NCBI GenBank assembly: GCA_032251435.1
Contig: JAVVEH010000024.1
Location: 1,919 to 65,918 of the forward strand
Reading direction: 5' to 3'
Origin: Lentisphaeria bacterium
GTDB lineage: Bacteria > Verrucomicrobiota > Lentisphaeria > Oligosphaerales > MVZH01
DNA: 64,000 nucleotides
This document shows, in pieces, positions 10,066 through 20,556 of the stretch. Made by a program: the position numbers and the translations under genes. A model generated the notes under the pieces. That model was not told the DNA's origin and did not search any database. It saw only the letters and a list, made by a program, of their open reading frames with translations. Positions within the stretch are counted from its first letter, which is position 1; the number at the start of each line of letters is the position of its first letter.

Positions 10066-11214
10066 ATGACAAACCGTGAACGCGCCTTGGCCGTATTGAA
10101 TTATGAACCCTACGACCGCTTGCCATTGGTCCACTTCGGCTATTGGCGCGAAACCCTCCAAAAATGGGCGGATGAAGGGCATATCAGCCAGGCGTTGGTG
10201 AAAGCGCATGGTGACGGCAATCCCGCTGACTATGAGTTGAACGACATGCTGGGCTGGGACTTTAACTGGCAATGCATGTTCTCCCCCGCCAGCAGCCTGC
10301 GCCCCGGATTTGACAGTGAGGTGATCAAAACACTGGAGGACGGTTCCCGGCACATTCTCGACAACAATGGTGTCGTCTTGCTTCAGGCCCCTGGCGCGGG
10401 CAGTATCCCGGCTGAAATCAGCCATACACTGACGGATCGTCAGAGCTGGGAGGAACAGTATAAATTCCGGTATCAATGGACCGAGGAACGGGTGACCAAC
10501 GCCCGCGTTTTGGTGAACGATCACATGGAAAAATTCTGTGACGGCGGACTCGACTTTCTCCGTCAGGATAAGCGTGACTACCTGTACGGCCTCCATTGCG
10601 GCAGCCTTTTCGGCACCATTCGCAATATCGTCGGTGTCGAAGGCGGCAGTTACATCTACTGTGATGACGAGGCGCTTTTCACCGAGATAATCGACACCAA
10701 CGCCGAGGTGTGCTATCAGAACGTCAAATACGCTCTGGAAACAGGCGCTAAATTCGATTTCGGCCACTTTTGGGAAGACATCTGCTTCAAAAATGGTCCT
10801 TTGGTCATCCCCAGCGTGTTTGACGAAAAGGTCGGCCCGCACTACAAACGGATCACGGATCTGTTGAAAGCGCATGGGATCACGATCGTCTCTCTCGATT
10901 GTGACGGCATGATCGACGCTCTCATTCCGACGTGGTTCGAAAATGGTGTCAACACCATGTTTCCCATTGAAGTCGGCACGTGGGACGCCAGCATCGCCCC
11001 CTGGCGTGAGACGTATGGCCGGGGATTGCGGGGCGTGGGCGGAATGAATAAAAATGTTTTCGCCCGCGACCGGGCCGCCGTCGATGCCGAAATTGAGCGG
11101 TTACGTCCCTTGATCGAACTGGGTGGCTTTATTCCCTGTCCGGATCACCGCATTCCGCCGGGCGCCGAATGGGATCTGGTGAAATATTACTGTGAAAAGA
11201 CGCGCGGGAGCTGA
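10066..11214 (+). CDS. Uroporphyrinogen decarboxylase (URO-D)/methyltransferase superfamily protein
   Basis: MTNRER..., WEDICFKNGP, DCDG, GGFIPCPDHRIPP; ATG at 10066 follows an AGGA SD. Confidence 0.82.
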   Translation: MTNRERALAVLNYEPYDRLPLVHFGYWRETLQKWADEGHISQALVKAHGDGNPADYELNDMLGWDFNWQCMFSPASSLRPGFDSEVIKTLEDGSRHILDNNGVVLLQAPGAGSIPAEISHTLTDRQSWEEQYKFRYQWTEERVTNARVLVNDHMEKFCDGGLDFLRQDKRDYLYGLHCGSLFGTIRNIVGVEGGSYIYCDDEALFTEIIDTNAEVCYQNVKYALETGAKFDFGHFWEDICFKNGPLVIPSVFDEKVGPHYKRITDLLKAHGITIVSLDCDGMIDALIPTWFENGVNTMFPIEVGTWDASIAPWRETYGRGLRGVGGMNKNVFARDRAAVDAEIERLRPLIELGGFIPCPDHRIPPGAEWDLVKYYCEKTRGS

Positions 11215-11394
11215 ATTGACGATCCCGGCCGCGGCGGCGGATCCGCCTTCGCCCGACATGGCTCTTCTGAGACAAGAAGTGACTTCAGCGCTTTTTGACT
11301 GGTCGATATGGCTGATTTCGGGATCCACTTACGCACAAGGCTACAGCGCTCATTCGAAGGTTGTTCCGGACTCATTACACGGTAAAGTACCCAC

Positions 11395-13995
11395 ATGTGT
11401 TTATGTCTCATTTTTTGTTCAGGTCTCGCGGGACTGGTCTATCAAGTGCTGTGGATGAAACAGCTCGGATTGCTGTTCGGCAACACCTCCCACGCGGCCG
11501 CGGCGACGCTGGCGGCGTTTTTCGCCGGACTGGCGGTCGGCAGCTGGTTCTGGGGGAAACGCGTCGGCAAGAGTGGGAACGCCCTGCGCGCCTATGCCTG
11601 GCTGGAAACCGGCATCGCGGTCACGGCTTTGCTGTACTTTATCATCCTTGAATGCTTTTACGTGATGTATCCACTGGTCTACCAACGCGTCGATTCGGCG
11701 GCGCTTCTACTGCTGATAAAATTCAGCCTGGCCATCATCTTGATCTTCCCGCCGGCCTTTTGCATGGGGGGCACCATCCCGGCTATCGGTCAGTATCTCA
11801 TCCGCCGACCGGAAACATTCGGTGGGTCAGCGGCTCTGCTGTACGGGATCAACACCTTGGGAGCGGCCGCGGGGGCGTTTCTGGCCGGTTTCTACCTGCC
11901 CCTGTGGTTCGGCTTCAGACTGACCTGCCTCGGGGCGATGACCCTCACCGGACTGGTCGCGGCGGCGGCGTTTCTGCTTTCCCGCCAGCCCTTACCACCT
12001 ATGCAAGCGGATACCACAGTAAGTAAAACTGACAAGAAAAACCAAAAAACCCAAGAGGAGAAGGCGCCGCTCCCCGTCCCCCCTGGTACCAGGGGGGCCT
12101 CTCTTCGGCGCGGCGGCTGGTGGTTTTGGGGACTCTTTTCCCTTCCCTCCGGGCGCTGGGCCATTACGCTGGTTTGTTTTCTTTCCGGATTCGGGGTTCT
12201 GGCTTTGGAAGTCCTGTGGATACGCATGTTCTCCCAAGTGTTGGAAAATTCGGTCTACACCTTCGCGGCGATTTTGGTTATTGTTCTGCTCTGTCTGGCC
12301 GTGGGAGCGCTGATCAGTTCCGTCCTGGCCCGGCTCAAAGTCCCCGCGATGCCTCTTCTGGCCTTGCTGATTCTAGTCGGCGCCATCAGCGTCGCCGCCA
12401 CCCCGTTTGTTTTTATGGGGCTGACCGATTCTTTGCGTATTCTCGTCTCCACCGGGAGCTGGACCGACTATGTGGCGCTGATCTTTAAAAATGGATTTCT
12501 CACTGTCGGTCCGCCGGCCTTGTTGCTGGGGACTGTGTTTCCGTTCCTGATGAAAGCCGAAGAAAAACACCTGATCGGGCCCGGCATGAGTCTCGGCCGA
12601 CTGGCCGCCATTAACACCGCGGGCGCGATCCTGGGCTCGTTGCTGTGCGGGTTTGTCTTTCTGGAACTCTTGGGGATGTGGGGCTCGATGCAACTCATCG
12701 CCGCCATATATATTGTCGCCGCTCTGATTCTGCCCACGGGCTGGGGTATCGGAAGTATTATCACCAAAGTCGGGAGCGGCTTCTTTCTGATCCTCCTGTT
12801 CAGCACACTCAGCCCCGCCCGCCTGCCAATCACCAGCACGGACCCTTTGCGGCAACAGGAAAAAATTCTGGAAGTCTGGGAAGGCAGTGACTGCACTGTG
12901 GCGGTCGCCCGGGACATGTATGGGCTGGCCATCAAAATTAACTCCCATTACGGGCTGGGATCCACTGGTTCCTACATGCAAGCCAAGTTTCAGGCGGATA
13001 TTCCGCTCATGATCCGCCCGGAAACCGCGAGCGTCTTTTTTCTGGGAATGGGTACCGGCATCACGGCGGGAAGCGCTCTGGATCCGCAGTTTGAAAACAT
13101 CACGCGGGTCGTCGCCTGTGAGTTGGTTCCCGAAGTGGTCACCGCCGCTGAAAAATACATGACCGATGTGAATGGCTTCGATTTCACCGGTGGACTGTTT
13201 ACCGACGACCGGGCGGCTATCATCGTTGAGGACGGCCGACATTACCTGATGGGCGGCGGGGAATCGTTTGACATGATTAACTCCGACCTGTTTGTCCCCT
13301 TCCGGTCCGGCGCCGGCAGTCTCTATACCCGGGAGCACTTCACGCAGTCAAAAAAGCGGCTCAACCCCGGCGGTCTGTTCGTACAGTGGTTGCCGCTCTA
13401 TCAGCTCACTGAGAACGAATTCTCGATTATCGCCCGCACCATGCTCGACGTTTTCGACCAAGTGTCGCTCTGGCGCAACAATTTTCAACCGGGTGAAGAG
13501 GTTGTCGCCCTGATCGGTCACGCGGACTCCGCGCCCCTGCCGCCCTGCGACATTGACAGCCGGGCGGATAAACAATTGACCATCCAGGGCAAAGATCACC
13601 GTGATCTTCAACACCTCCGCCTCCCCTTTAATCCGCAGACTGTTCTGTTCTTCTATTGCGGCAATCTGACCGCGGCCAGGGAGCTGTTCACCGCCTATCC
13701 GGTCAATACCGACGACAAGCCGTTAATCGAGTATATGGCCCCGCGGACTTACCGCAATGAAGGACAGAAAAAGTATCCCTGGTTCGTCGGCCCCCGGATA
13801 ATCGATCTGGTCACAGAGATTCAGACCCTCTGCCCGCCGGAGCATGACCCCTTGCTGGTCAACCGGACCGCGGCCAACCGCCGGTTGCCGCTGGCCGGTG
13901 CGGCCTTCCATCAGGCCCGCCTATGGGAGGTCACAGGGGATGAGCAAAAATGCCGGGCGGCTTGGGATCAGTTTGTTGACGCGTGGGTTGACTGA
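11395..13995 (+). CDS. Membrane-fused spermidine synthase-like protein (MFS-like TM region plus SAM-binding domain); start uncertain
   Basis: SGLAGLVYQVLW and SGFGVLALEVLW TM repeats, LYGINTLGA, LGMGTGIT, ELVPEV, EDGRHYL, SDLF, QWLPLYQ. Confidence 0.82.
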   Translation: MCLCLIFCSGLAGLVYQVLWMKQLGLLFGNTSHAAAATLAAFFAGLAVGSWFWGKRVGKSGNALRAYAWLETGIAVTALLYFIILECFYVMYPLVYQRVDSAALLLLIKFSLAIILIFPPAFCMGGTIPAIGQYLIRRPETFGGSAALLYGINTLGAAAGAFLAGFYLPLWFGFRLTCLGAMTLTGLVAAAAFLLSRQPLPPMQADTTVSKTDKKNQKTQEEKAPLPVPPGTRGASLRRGGWWFWGLFSLPSGRWAITLVCFLSGFGVLALEVLWIRMFSQVLENSVYTFAAILVIVLLCLAVGALISSVLARLKVPAMPLLALLILVGAISVAATPFVFMGLTDSLRILVSTGSWTDYVALIFKNGFLTVGPPALLLGTVFPFLMKAEEKHLIGPGMSLGRLAAINTAGAILGSLLCGFVFLELLGMWGSMQLIAAIYIVAALILPTGWGIGSIITKVGSGFFLILLFSTLSPARLPITSTDPLRQQEKILEVWEGSDCTVAVARDMYGLAIKINSHYGLGSTGSYMQAKFQADIPLMIRPETASVFFLGMGTGITAGSALDPQFENITRVVACELVPEVVTAAEKYMTDVNGFDFTGGLFTDDRAAIIVEDGRHYLMGGGESFDMINSDLFVPFRSGAGSLYTREHFTQSKKRLNPGGLFVQWLPLYQLTENEFSIIARTMLDVFDQVSLWRNNFQPGEEVVALIGHADSAPLPPCDIDSRADKQLTIQGKDHRDLQHLRLPFNPQTVLFFYCGNLTAARELFTAYPVNTDDKPLIEYMAPRTYRNEGQKKYPWFVGPRIIDLVTEIQTLCPPEHDPLLVNRTAANRRLPLAGAAFHQARLWEVTGDEQKCRAAWDQFVDAWVD
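12078..12097. repeat. 20-bp perfect palindrome within a coding loop
   Basis: CCCCCCTGGTACCAGGGGGG, in the hydrophilic linker between the two TM halves of the SpeE-like protein. Confidence 0.8.
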
Positions 13996-14138
13996 TTAAT
14001 TCATGTCAATGTGATTGAACGTCAAAGATGTGGTTGTGAATGTCTGTCGGCGTATGGCGCGGCTTCTTCGGCGCGGTAAATTACGGTGCGACGCGGGATC
14101 CGCGGAAAGAGCCATGCGAAAATTTGACAGGAAGAATG

Positions 14139-16565
14139 ATGACAGATATCCAGATTGAAGAGAAGAATGGGATCTTGGGACTCGCCAACCGGTTTAACCA
14201 GATCAGTATTAATCTGACAACCGGCACGTGGTCGGGTCGGGATCTCACGACGGACACCCTGGTCTTTAAAGACGCTCAATTCCGTGTCGATAAATACGGT
14301 CAGCCAACCTGGGCGGCTCCCGAAACCGACATCACCTGGACACGGGAAACATCCACATCCGTCTTCGGTCCGGGCGAGACGGCCATTCTGACCTTCATCC
14401 CCCGGGCGGGCTATGAGCCGACTCGCATATTGACCATTCGGCTTTATGAAGACCACGCATTCATCGAGATCGGCTGGGGGATCACGAATCCATTTGACTA
14501 CCCGGTGCGAATTAAAGACGTGGAAGTCCTGTATGGGGGAGAGTTGTTCGCCGGGCAAACCGTTGACCAACCCCGGGTCCTGCGCAGCGGGGCCGGAGCG
14601 GAACCTAACCAGGTGGAAAAAGGCTGGGAGATAGAAGCGCATAACGGGGCCCTGCTCACCTACGAAAATCGTGGGGCGCGGCGGTCTCTGTTCGCGGGCG
14701 GGCTGGCTTACAAAGAATTTGCCCGGCGCGTCGAACTGCTCAATGGTGAAAAAGTGTGGCGGCATCCGGGACGAAGTATCCTCAAACGCGAAGGCTTTCG
14801 AAACATGTCCATCGCCTGCTGGGACCCGCAGGGAAAGATGATTCCCCCGAAAACAACTTACATGAGTCCCGACACGGTCTATCTGGATGTTGTGACGGCC
14901 GATCCGTTTGCCTCTGCCGAAGCCTATGGCGAGGCCCTGCGCAAGGCAAACAATGCCCATCCCAAAACCTATGATTTCCCGACGCTTTGCGGCTGGATGG
15001 TGTCGACCAAACATCTCGGTGAAGGCAAGCCGATCAACAACTCTCCGGGGCTGGTTGAACAGACCCGGATTGCCAAAGAGCGCGGCTTTATGAAGTATTC
15101 ACCGCTGGCGGTACGTCTGGAGCCGGATACCTACTGCCAGGGATATTACGGTAACACACAGCAAGGCTGGTGGGATAATGAGCATTGGGGCATGTACGGC
15201 CCGGGCGGCGGTGGAGCGCCGGATCCGGATGCCGCCTCTCTTCAAAAACCCTATGAGACATTTGCCAAATTCTGCCGGGCAGTCAGCGATCTCGGCGGCA
15301 TCCCCTTTACCTATTTTCAAAGCAGTATGCCGTCCAATGACTTTGCCGTGGCTCATCCGGACTGGATGCTCAATAACGACATCTCCCAATTACATCTGCA
15401 TCACGCGCATCATCGTCCACTCGTACGCTATGACTATACAGAGACCGGCTTCCGTGATCACTGCCTAAACGTTTGGAAACGGCTGCGCAGAGCAGGTCTC
15501 AAAGGCATCAAATTTGATTACCCCGAAACAGCCTGGGCCAGTCATGGCGGTTTTGAAGACACCAGCTTTACAACCACCTCTGCCTACTGCGAGATGTACC
15601 GGCTGTGCCGGGAAGGTCTGGGCGAAGAGGGCTATATCCATGAGCGTAACCTTGGCGGAGCCACTCACGAGGCCGCCCCGCGGTTGGATGCCACGGCCGG
15701 GATTGTCGATCTCCAGCGTGTCTGGGGCGACGCCAGCCACTTTGAGCCGGAAATGGCCTCGCGCATGGGCCTTCGCTGGTACAAAAGCCGCACTGTTTTT
15801 ATCTATTACCCCGACGGGAAATCCTTTCACAGCGACGGCAAAGCCCTGCCTACCTACAAACGGCGGGCGTTTTTAACCCTTATCGCGTTTCTTTCCGGAC
15901 GGCTGGAAATCGGCACATCCATTGGCAGCATGACCGATGAGATGTTTCACGACACCACCCGCCTCTATCCCATGCTGGGCGGCACCACCTCGCCGCGCCC
16001 TGTCGACATGCTTTTGGATAAAGCGCACCCCGAAGTGTACGTCTACACCGTCACGAATGACTGGTGCCAGGTCCTTCTGGTCAACAATAACAAACGGGGA
16101 TCCAAAGTCATCTCCGCCCCGATTTCGGGTGATCAGGCCGCCACGGGTTCGTTGGGATTGGACGCGGGCGCCAGCTATCATGTCTTTGACTTCTGGAATC
16201 AGGCCTATGTGGGGCTGTTCAAGGGAACCGGATCCGTTTCCATGAAGCTCCGGGCCGGCGAAGTCGCCATGCTGTCCGTCCGCCAAGTCATGGATCATCC
16301 CCAGGCCGTATCCACCAACCGCCATATCATGCAGGGCATGATGGAGTGTCACGACATCACCTGGAATCCTCAAGAAAAAGCCCTGACCGGCGCGGTGGAT
16401 GTCATCGGGGGTGAGGAGTTTATCCTGACCATCGCCGGCAACGGCTTAACCCCGAAACACTGTGACAACGCCGTGATTCAAAAACGCGTCGGCGAAAAAG
16501 GATTGATCGACCTGATGTTCAGCAATCCGGAAAACACCAGCCAGTCATTCGAACTTCGTTTTTAA
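14139..16565 (+). CDS. Putative clan GH-D glycoside hydrolase (alpha-galactosidase-like, GH27/GH36-related)
   Basis: GIKFDY (K-x-D nucleophile-like) and QRVWGD (acid/base-like) motifs; C-terminal YHVFDFW...STNRH beta domain; start after an AGGAAG SD. Confidence 0.6.
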   Translation: MTDIQIEEKNGILGLANRFNQISINLTTGTWSGRDLTTDTLVFKDAQFRVDKYGQPTWAAPETDITWTRETSTSVFGPGETAILTFIPRAGYEPTRILTIRLYEDHAFIEIGWGITNPFDYPVRIKDVEVLYGGELFAGQTVDQPRVLRSGAGAEPNQVEKGWEIEAHNGALLTYENRGARRSLFAGGLAYKEFARRVELLNGEKVWRHPGRSILKREGFRNMSIACWDPQGKMIPPKTTYMSPDTVYLDVVTADPFASAEAYGEALRKANNAHPKTYDFPTLCGWMVSTKHLGEGKPINNSPGLVEQTRIAKERGFMKYSPLAVRLEPDTYCQGYYGNTQQGWWDNEHWGMYGPGGGGAPDPDAASLQKPYETFAKFCRAVSDLGGIPFTYFQSSMPSNDFAVAHPDWMLNNDISQLHLHHAHHRPLVRYDYTETGFRDHCLNVWKRLRRAGLKGIKFDYPETAWASHGGFEDTSFTTTSAYCEMYRLCREGLGEEGYIHERNLGGATHEAAPRLDATAGIVDLQRVWGDASHFEPEMASRMGLRWYKSRTVFIYYPDGKSFHSDGKALPTYKRRAFLTLIAFLSGRLEIGTSIGSMTDEMFHDTTRLYPMLGGTTSPRPVDMLLDKAHPEVYVYTVTNDWCQVLLVNNNKRGSKVISAPISGDQAATGSLGLDAGASYHVFDFWNQAYVGLFKGTGSVSMKLRAGEVAMLSVRQVMDHPQAVSTNRHIMQGMMECHDITWNPQEKALTGAVDVIGGEEFILTIAGNGLTPKHCDNAVIQKRVGEKGLIDLMFSNPENTSQSFELRF

Positions 16566-16590
16566 GAAGCCTCTCGCAAAGGCCGCGTGT

Positions 16591-16619
16591 TGGAGCGTCT
16601 TTGTCCCCAAAGGCATCCG
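16591..16619. repeat. Dispersed REP-like repeat (inverted copy at 51631-51659)
   Basis: TGGAGCGTCTTTGTCCCCAAAGGCATCCG vs the reverse complement of 51631-51659, TGGAGCGCCGTTGTCCCCAAAGCCATCCG (26/29 identical); both intergenic. Confidence 0.75.
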
Positions 16620-16820
16620 TGCCGGTCAAGCAACCGTCTTTTACTGGTGGGTCAATGCCAGTCAACCTTATCCCGCCCGCTGGAATGGCGCAATAAAATA
16701 TGTGCCTGGCCGAATTAATTATTGCCTGTTTTTTTGCGGGAGCTATATTTGGTGTCTAATCGACAGCTTCTCACCCCCCCTTTGTCAACATTCGCTGAAA
16801 CACTTGATCGGGATAACGAT

Positions 16821-19289
16821 ATGAGACACAGAAAAACAATTGATTCGAACTGGCTGTTTCAGCTTGGGGACGACAGCCGGGCGCTTGAGCCCGGTTTTGA
16901 TGACAGCGGCTGGCGGGTGGTGGATCTGCCGCACGACTGGTCGGTCGAAGCCACCCCCGATCCCGACAACCCGGCCCAGGCCGGCGGTGGGTTTTTCCCC
17001 GGAGGTCTCGGGTGGTACCGGAAAGAGCTGAACATTCCCGAAGACCTCGGCGATCGGCGGATGCTCATCGAGTTCGACGGGGTCTACATGAACAGCGAAG
17101 TCTGGTGCAATGGACGCTTCTGCGGGGTGCGTCCGTATGGCTACAGCAGTTTCTGCTATGATATCACGCCCTTTGTCACCCCGGGAGAACCAGCGGTCAT
17201 CGCCGTCCGGGTCGACAACTCCCGTCAAAAGAATTCACGTTGGTATTCCGGTTCAGGCATTTACCGCCATGTCTGGCTGACCTTGGCCAGTCCTGTCCGC
17301 GTGGATCACTGGGGGACCTGTTTGAAAACGACGGACGTGTCCGCGGAATCCGCGACCATTGAGTGCGACATTCACCTGGTCAATGATCGTGAGGAAGCGG
17401 TCGATGTCGAGATTCGGCCGACAGTTATTGATCCCGCCGGGGGTGAGGTTTCTATTGCCAGCGCCGCGGGCGGCGCTTTCACGTTGCCTCCTGGAAAACG
17501 GACATCAAGCGCGGATGTCGTGCTGAGAAGTCTGACGCGTGAAACGGCCGAAGCGTCACATGCGAGTCTGCGCTTTGCGATCACTCCGCCTTCGTTATGG
17601 TCTCCCGACACACCCGCTCTTTACACCTTGCGCCTGGATATTTATTGCCAGGGGCAGACCGTCGACACACATGACACCCGCTTTGGCATCCGCGCGATTC
17701 GTTTCGACGCGGACCAAGGGTTCTTCCTGAATGGGGCGAATATCAAACTCAGAGGTGTCAATGAGCATCATGACGCCGGGTGTCTGGGCGCGGCCGTTCC
17801 CGATGATGTGATCCGGCGCCGGTTTCGGATACTCAAGCAGATGGGGTGCAACGCCATCCGTGTCGCCCATAATCCGGCATCACCGACGTTTCTGGATCTC
17901 TGCGACGAAATGGGCTTCATGGTGGTGGAAGACGCCTTTGATGAATGGCGGGACGGGAAAACGCCTTTTGGCTATCAGCTTTACTGGGACCAATGGTGGG
18001 AACGGGATCTAGTCGATATGATTCACCGGGACCGTAATCACCCCAGTATTGTCATGTGGTCGGTGGGTAACGAAATCAAAGAAGTCAGAATGGGTCGGTC
18101 TGAGGGCTTGCCGATGATGGAAGCGCTGCGCGAGGTCTGCCACCGGGAGGATCCGACCCGGCCCATGACCTGCGGTTGCTGCAACACCCGGGAGACGCTG
18201 GCGGCCGGGTATCAGAACTTTATGGACATCATGGGCTACAATGGCGGCGGGGGCGGCTGCTTTGACTACGAAAAAGATCACGCCGCCTATCCGGAGATGG
18301 TGATGTTCGCCAGTGAAGTGCCGCATTCCCTCCAGACCCGCGGGGTCTACCGCACCCGGACCTGGTACCGGGACCTGGCCCGCAATCCGGCTGTCGAGCG
18401 CCTCGAAGTTCCCCATTACACGGATGAGGAACTCTTCATTATCTTTGACAAACACTATCAATCATCGTATGACAACGCCATGGTGCGCATTTCTTCCATT
18501 GACTCCTGGCGCTTCACCCGGGACCTGCCCTTTATGTGCGGTGAATTCCGCTGGACGGGTTTCGACTATCTCGGGGAATGCTACGGTTGGCCGGCCAAGA
18601 GCTGGAATTTCGGGATCATTGACCTGTGCGGCTTCCCCAAAGACACCTACTATTTTTACCAGAGTCAATGGACCAGCACGCCGATGGTTCACGTCCTGCC
18701 GCACTGGAGCTGGCCGGGATTTGAGGGGAAAACCATTCCTGTCATTGCCTACAGTAATTGTGACACCGTTGAATTGTTTCTCGATGATAAATCCCTGGGG
18801 ATTCAGAATTGGGATAATGCTGCCATGCAGCTGCGCTGGGATGTCCCTTATCAGCCGGGAACACTGAAAGCGGTGGGCTACCGTGATGGCAAAGAGGCCG
18901 CCACCTGTGTTCATGAAACCGCTGGGCAAGCCGCGGCGTTGACGCTTTCCGCCGATGCGATGAGCATCCGGGCCGATGGCACGGGCATCGGTCACGTGGT
19001 GGTCACCGTCGTCGACGCGGAGGGACGCTTTGTCCCGCACGCCCATCAGGAAATCACGGTTGAGGTCGAAGGCCCCGCCACATTGATTGGCCTGGAAAAT
19101 GGCGATCCCATTGACAGTACCAATTATAAACTGAATCATCGCCATGCCTTCCATGGGATGATGCTGGCCATTGTCCAGAGCACCGGCACGGTCGGCACCA
19201 TCACTGTCACCGCCTGCGCTGAGGGCTTGGAAGCGGGGAACTGTGTGGTTGTCGCGGAAGCTGTAAAGAGACCCCGCGCCGCGGGATGA
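16821..19289 (+). CDS. Beta-galactosidase-like glycoside hydrolase family 2
   Basis: LPHDWS, FDGVYMN, GYSSF, SRWYSGSGIYR, NHPSIVMWSVGNE, WTGFDYLGE, GIIDLCGFPKD. Confidence 0.92.
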   Translation: MRHRKTIDSNWLFQLGDDSRALEPGFDDSGWRVVDLPHDWSVEATPDPDNPAQAGGGFFPGGLGWYRKELNIPEDLGDRRMLIEFDGVYMNSEVWCNGRFCGVRPYGYSSFCYDITPFVTPGEPAVIAVRVDNSRQKNSRWYSGSGIYRHVWLTLASPVRVDHWGTCLKTTDVSAESATIECDIHLVNDREEAVDVEIRPTVIDPAGGEVSIASAAGGAFTLPPGKRTSSADVVLRSLTRETAEASHASLRFAITPPSLWSPDTPALYTLRLDIYCQGQTVDTHDTRFGIRAIRFDADQGFFLNGANIKLRGVNEHHDAGCLGAAVPDDVIRRRFRILKQMGCNAIRVAHNPASPTFLDLCDEMGFMVVEDAFDEWRDGKTPFGYQLYWDQWWERDLVDMIHRDRNHPSIVMWSVGNEIKEVRMGRSEGLPMMEALREVCHREDPTRPMTCGCCNTRETLAAGYQNFMDIMGYNGGGGGCFDYEKDHAAYPEMVMFASEVPHSLQTRGVYRTRTWYRDLARNPAVERLEVPHYTDEELFIIFDKHYQSSYDNAMVRISSIDSWRFTRDLPFMCGEFRWTGFDYLGECYGWPAKSWNFGIIDLCGFPKDTYYFYQSQWTSTPMVHVLPHWSWPGFEGKTIPVIAYSNCDTVELFLDDKSLGIQNWDNAAMQLRWDVPYQPGTLKAVGYRDGKEAATCVHETAGQAAALTLSADAMSIRADGTGIGHVVVTVVDAEGRFVPHAHQEITVEVEGPATLIGLENGDPIDSTNYKLNHRHAFHGMMLAIVQSTGTVGTITVTACAEGLEAGNCVVVAEAVKRPRAAG

Positions 19290-19345
19290 AATGAGCGCCT
19301 GAAGGCGCGGTCAAGTCCAAATCGCTAATCGGGATCGGGCCGCCA

Positions 19346-20539
19346 TCACGGGGTGTCCGCGCGGATGCCTGATAAGGAGGCGGCGCTTCGCTTAAACGCA
19401 TGGCCATTGATAATTAGCAGACTGGCGGCGGCCGCGACCAGCGCGACGCAGATATACAGCGGGACGGTGTATGAGGCGGTCACATCAGCCAGATATCCCC
19501 CGACACCCGGGCCGATGAGCCCGGCCACCCCATAGGCGAGAAAGCACCAGGGATAGAGGCGGGGGAAGGCTGACGCCCCGAAGTGGCGTGATATGGCTGA
19601 CGCGTAGACGACGAAGTTGGCCCCGAATCCGAAGCCAAGCAAGCCGACGCAGAGAAAGAGACCCCATACGGGCAGCGGCGTAAGCAAGAGCCCGGCGGTG
19701 AGGGCGAAACCGCCTAAAGACAAGGGCATGGTTTTGTGGCCAATGCCGTCGAAGGCGTGTCCCCACGCGATTCTTCCCGCCGCGTTGCCGACCGCGAAGA
19801 CGGATATGGAGACGGCCGCCTGCCCCTCCGTCAACCCGGCCTTTATGACCATTGGCGCCAAGTTGCCGATAATCAGCAACCCGGCGAAGGTTCCGGCGAA
19901 CATCCCTGTGGCAATCAAAAAGAAGGGCCATGTGAACGCTCCCGCCGCCGCCTGGAAGGCTTGAGTCCCTGTTCCGGATGACGGCGGATCGGCCAGAACA
20001 GACGCCGCGAGGAATAGAACCGCGCCCGAACAGACACCGAACCAGCGGAAGAAAACCAGCACATCCATCCCCTCGATCAGCAGGTATTCCGCCACCGTCG
20101 CGAGCAGAACCGCCCCGCCGCCAAATCCCGCGACAACCACGCCGGTGACCAGCCCTTTCTTGTGCGGAAACCACTTCATTCCCACCGATAACGGGCAGAC
20201 ATAACCGAAACCAATACCCGCCCCGGCGATGACACCCACGCCCAGAAGCAGCACTGGAAAGGAATCCCCGGACACGGAGGCCAGCAGATAGCCGCTCATA
20301 AACAGGCATGCGGCGACGCTGGCGGTCAGCCGCGGGCCTTTCCGCGTCAGGAGCCGTCCCGCCGCGATCATGGAAACGGTGAAGGTGAGAATGGTCACAC
20401 CAAAGATGAATCCGCATTGACCAGCCGTCAAGTCATGCGTTTTCATCAGATAGGGAACGAATGTGCTCCATGCGTATATTCCTCCCAGAATTGTTTGGAT
20501 CAAGCATCCCGCCGCCAGAATCAGCCATCGTCGTCTCAT
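19346..20539 (-). CDS. MFS transporter, oxalate/formate antiporter (OFA)-like
   Basis: Probable start MRRRWLILAAG at 20539 with an AGGAG SD; GGIYAWS, GIGFGY, KWFPHKKGLVTG, NAAGRIAWG. Confidence 0.87.
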   Translation of the reverse strand: MRRRWLILAAGCLIQTILGGIYAWSTFVPYLMKTHDLTAGQCGFIFGVTILTFTVSMIAAGRLLTRKGPRLTASVAACLFMSGYLLASVSGDSFPVLLLGVGVIAGAGIGFGYVCPLSVGMKWFPHKKGLVTGVVVAGFGGGAVLLATVAEYLLIEGMDVLVFFRWFGVCSGAVLFLAASVLADPPSSGTGTQAFQAAAGAFTWPFFLIATGMFAGTFAGLLIIGNLAPMVIKAGLTEGQAAVSISVFAVGNAAGRIAWGHAFDGIGHKTMPLSLGGFALTAGLLLTPLPVWGLFLCVGLLGFGFGANFVVYASAISRHFGASAFPRLYPWCFLAYGVAGLIGPGVGGYLADVTASYTVPLYICVALVAAAASLLIINGHAFKRSAASLSGIRADTP

Positions 20540-20556
20540 GTCAAACTCCTTGTCAT

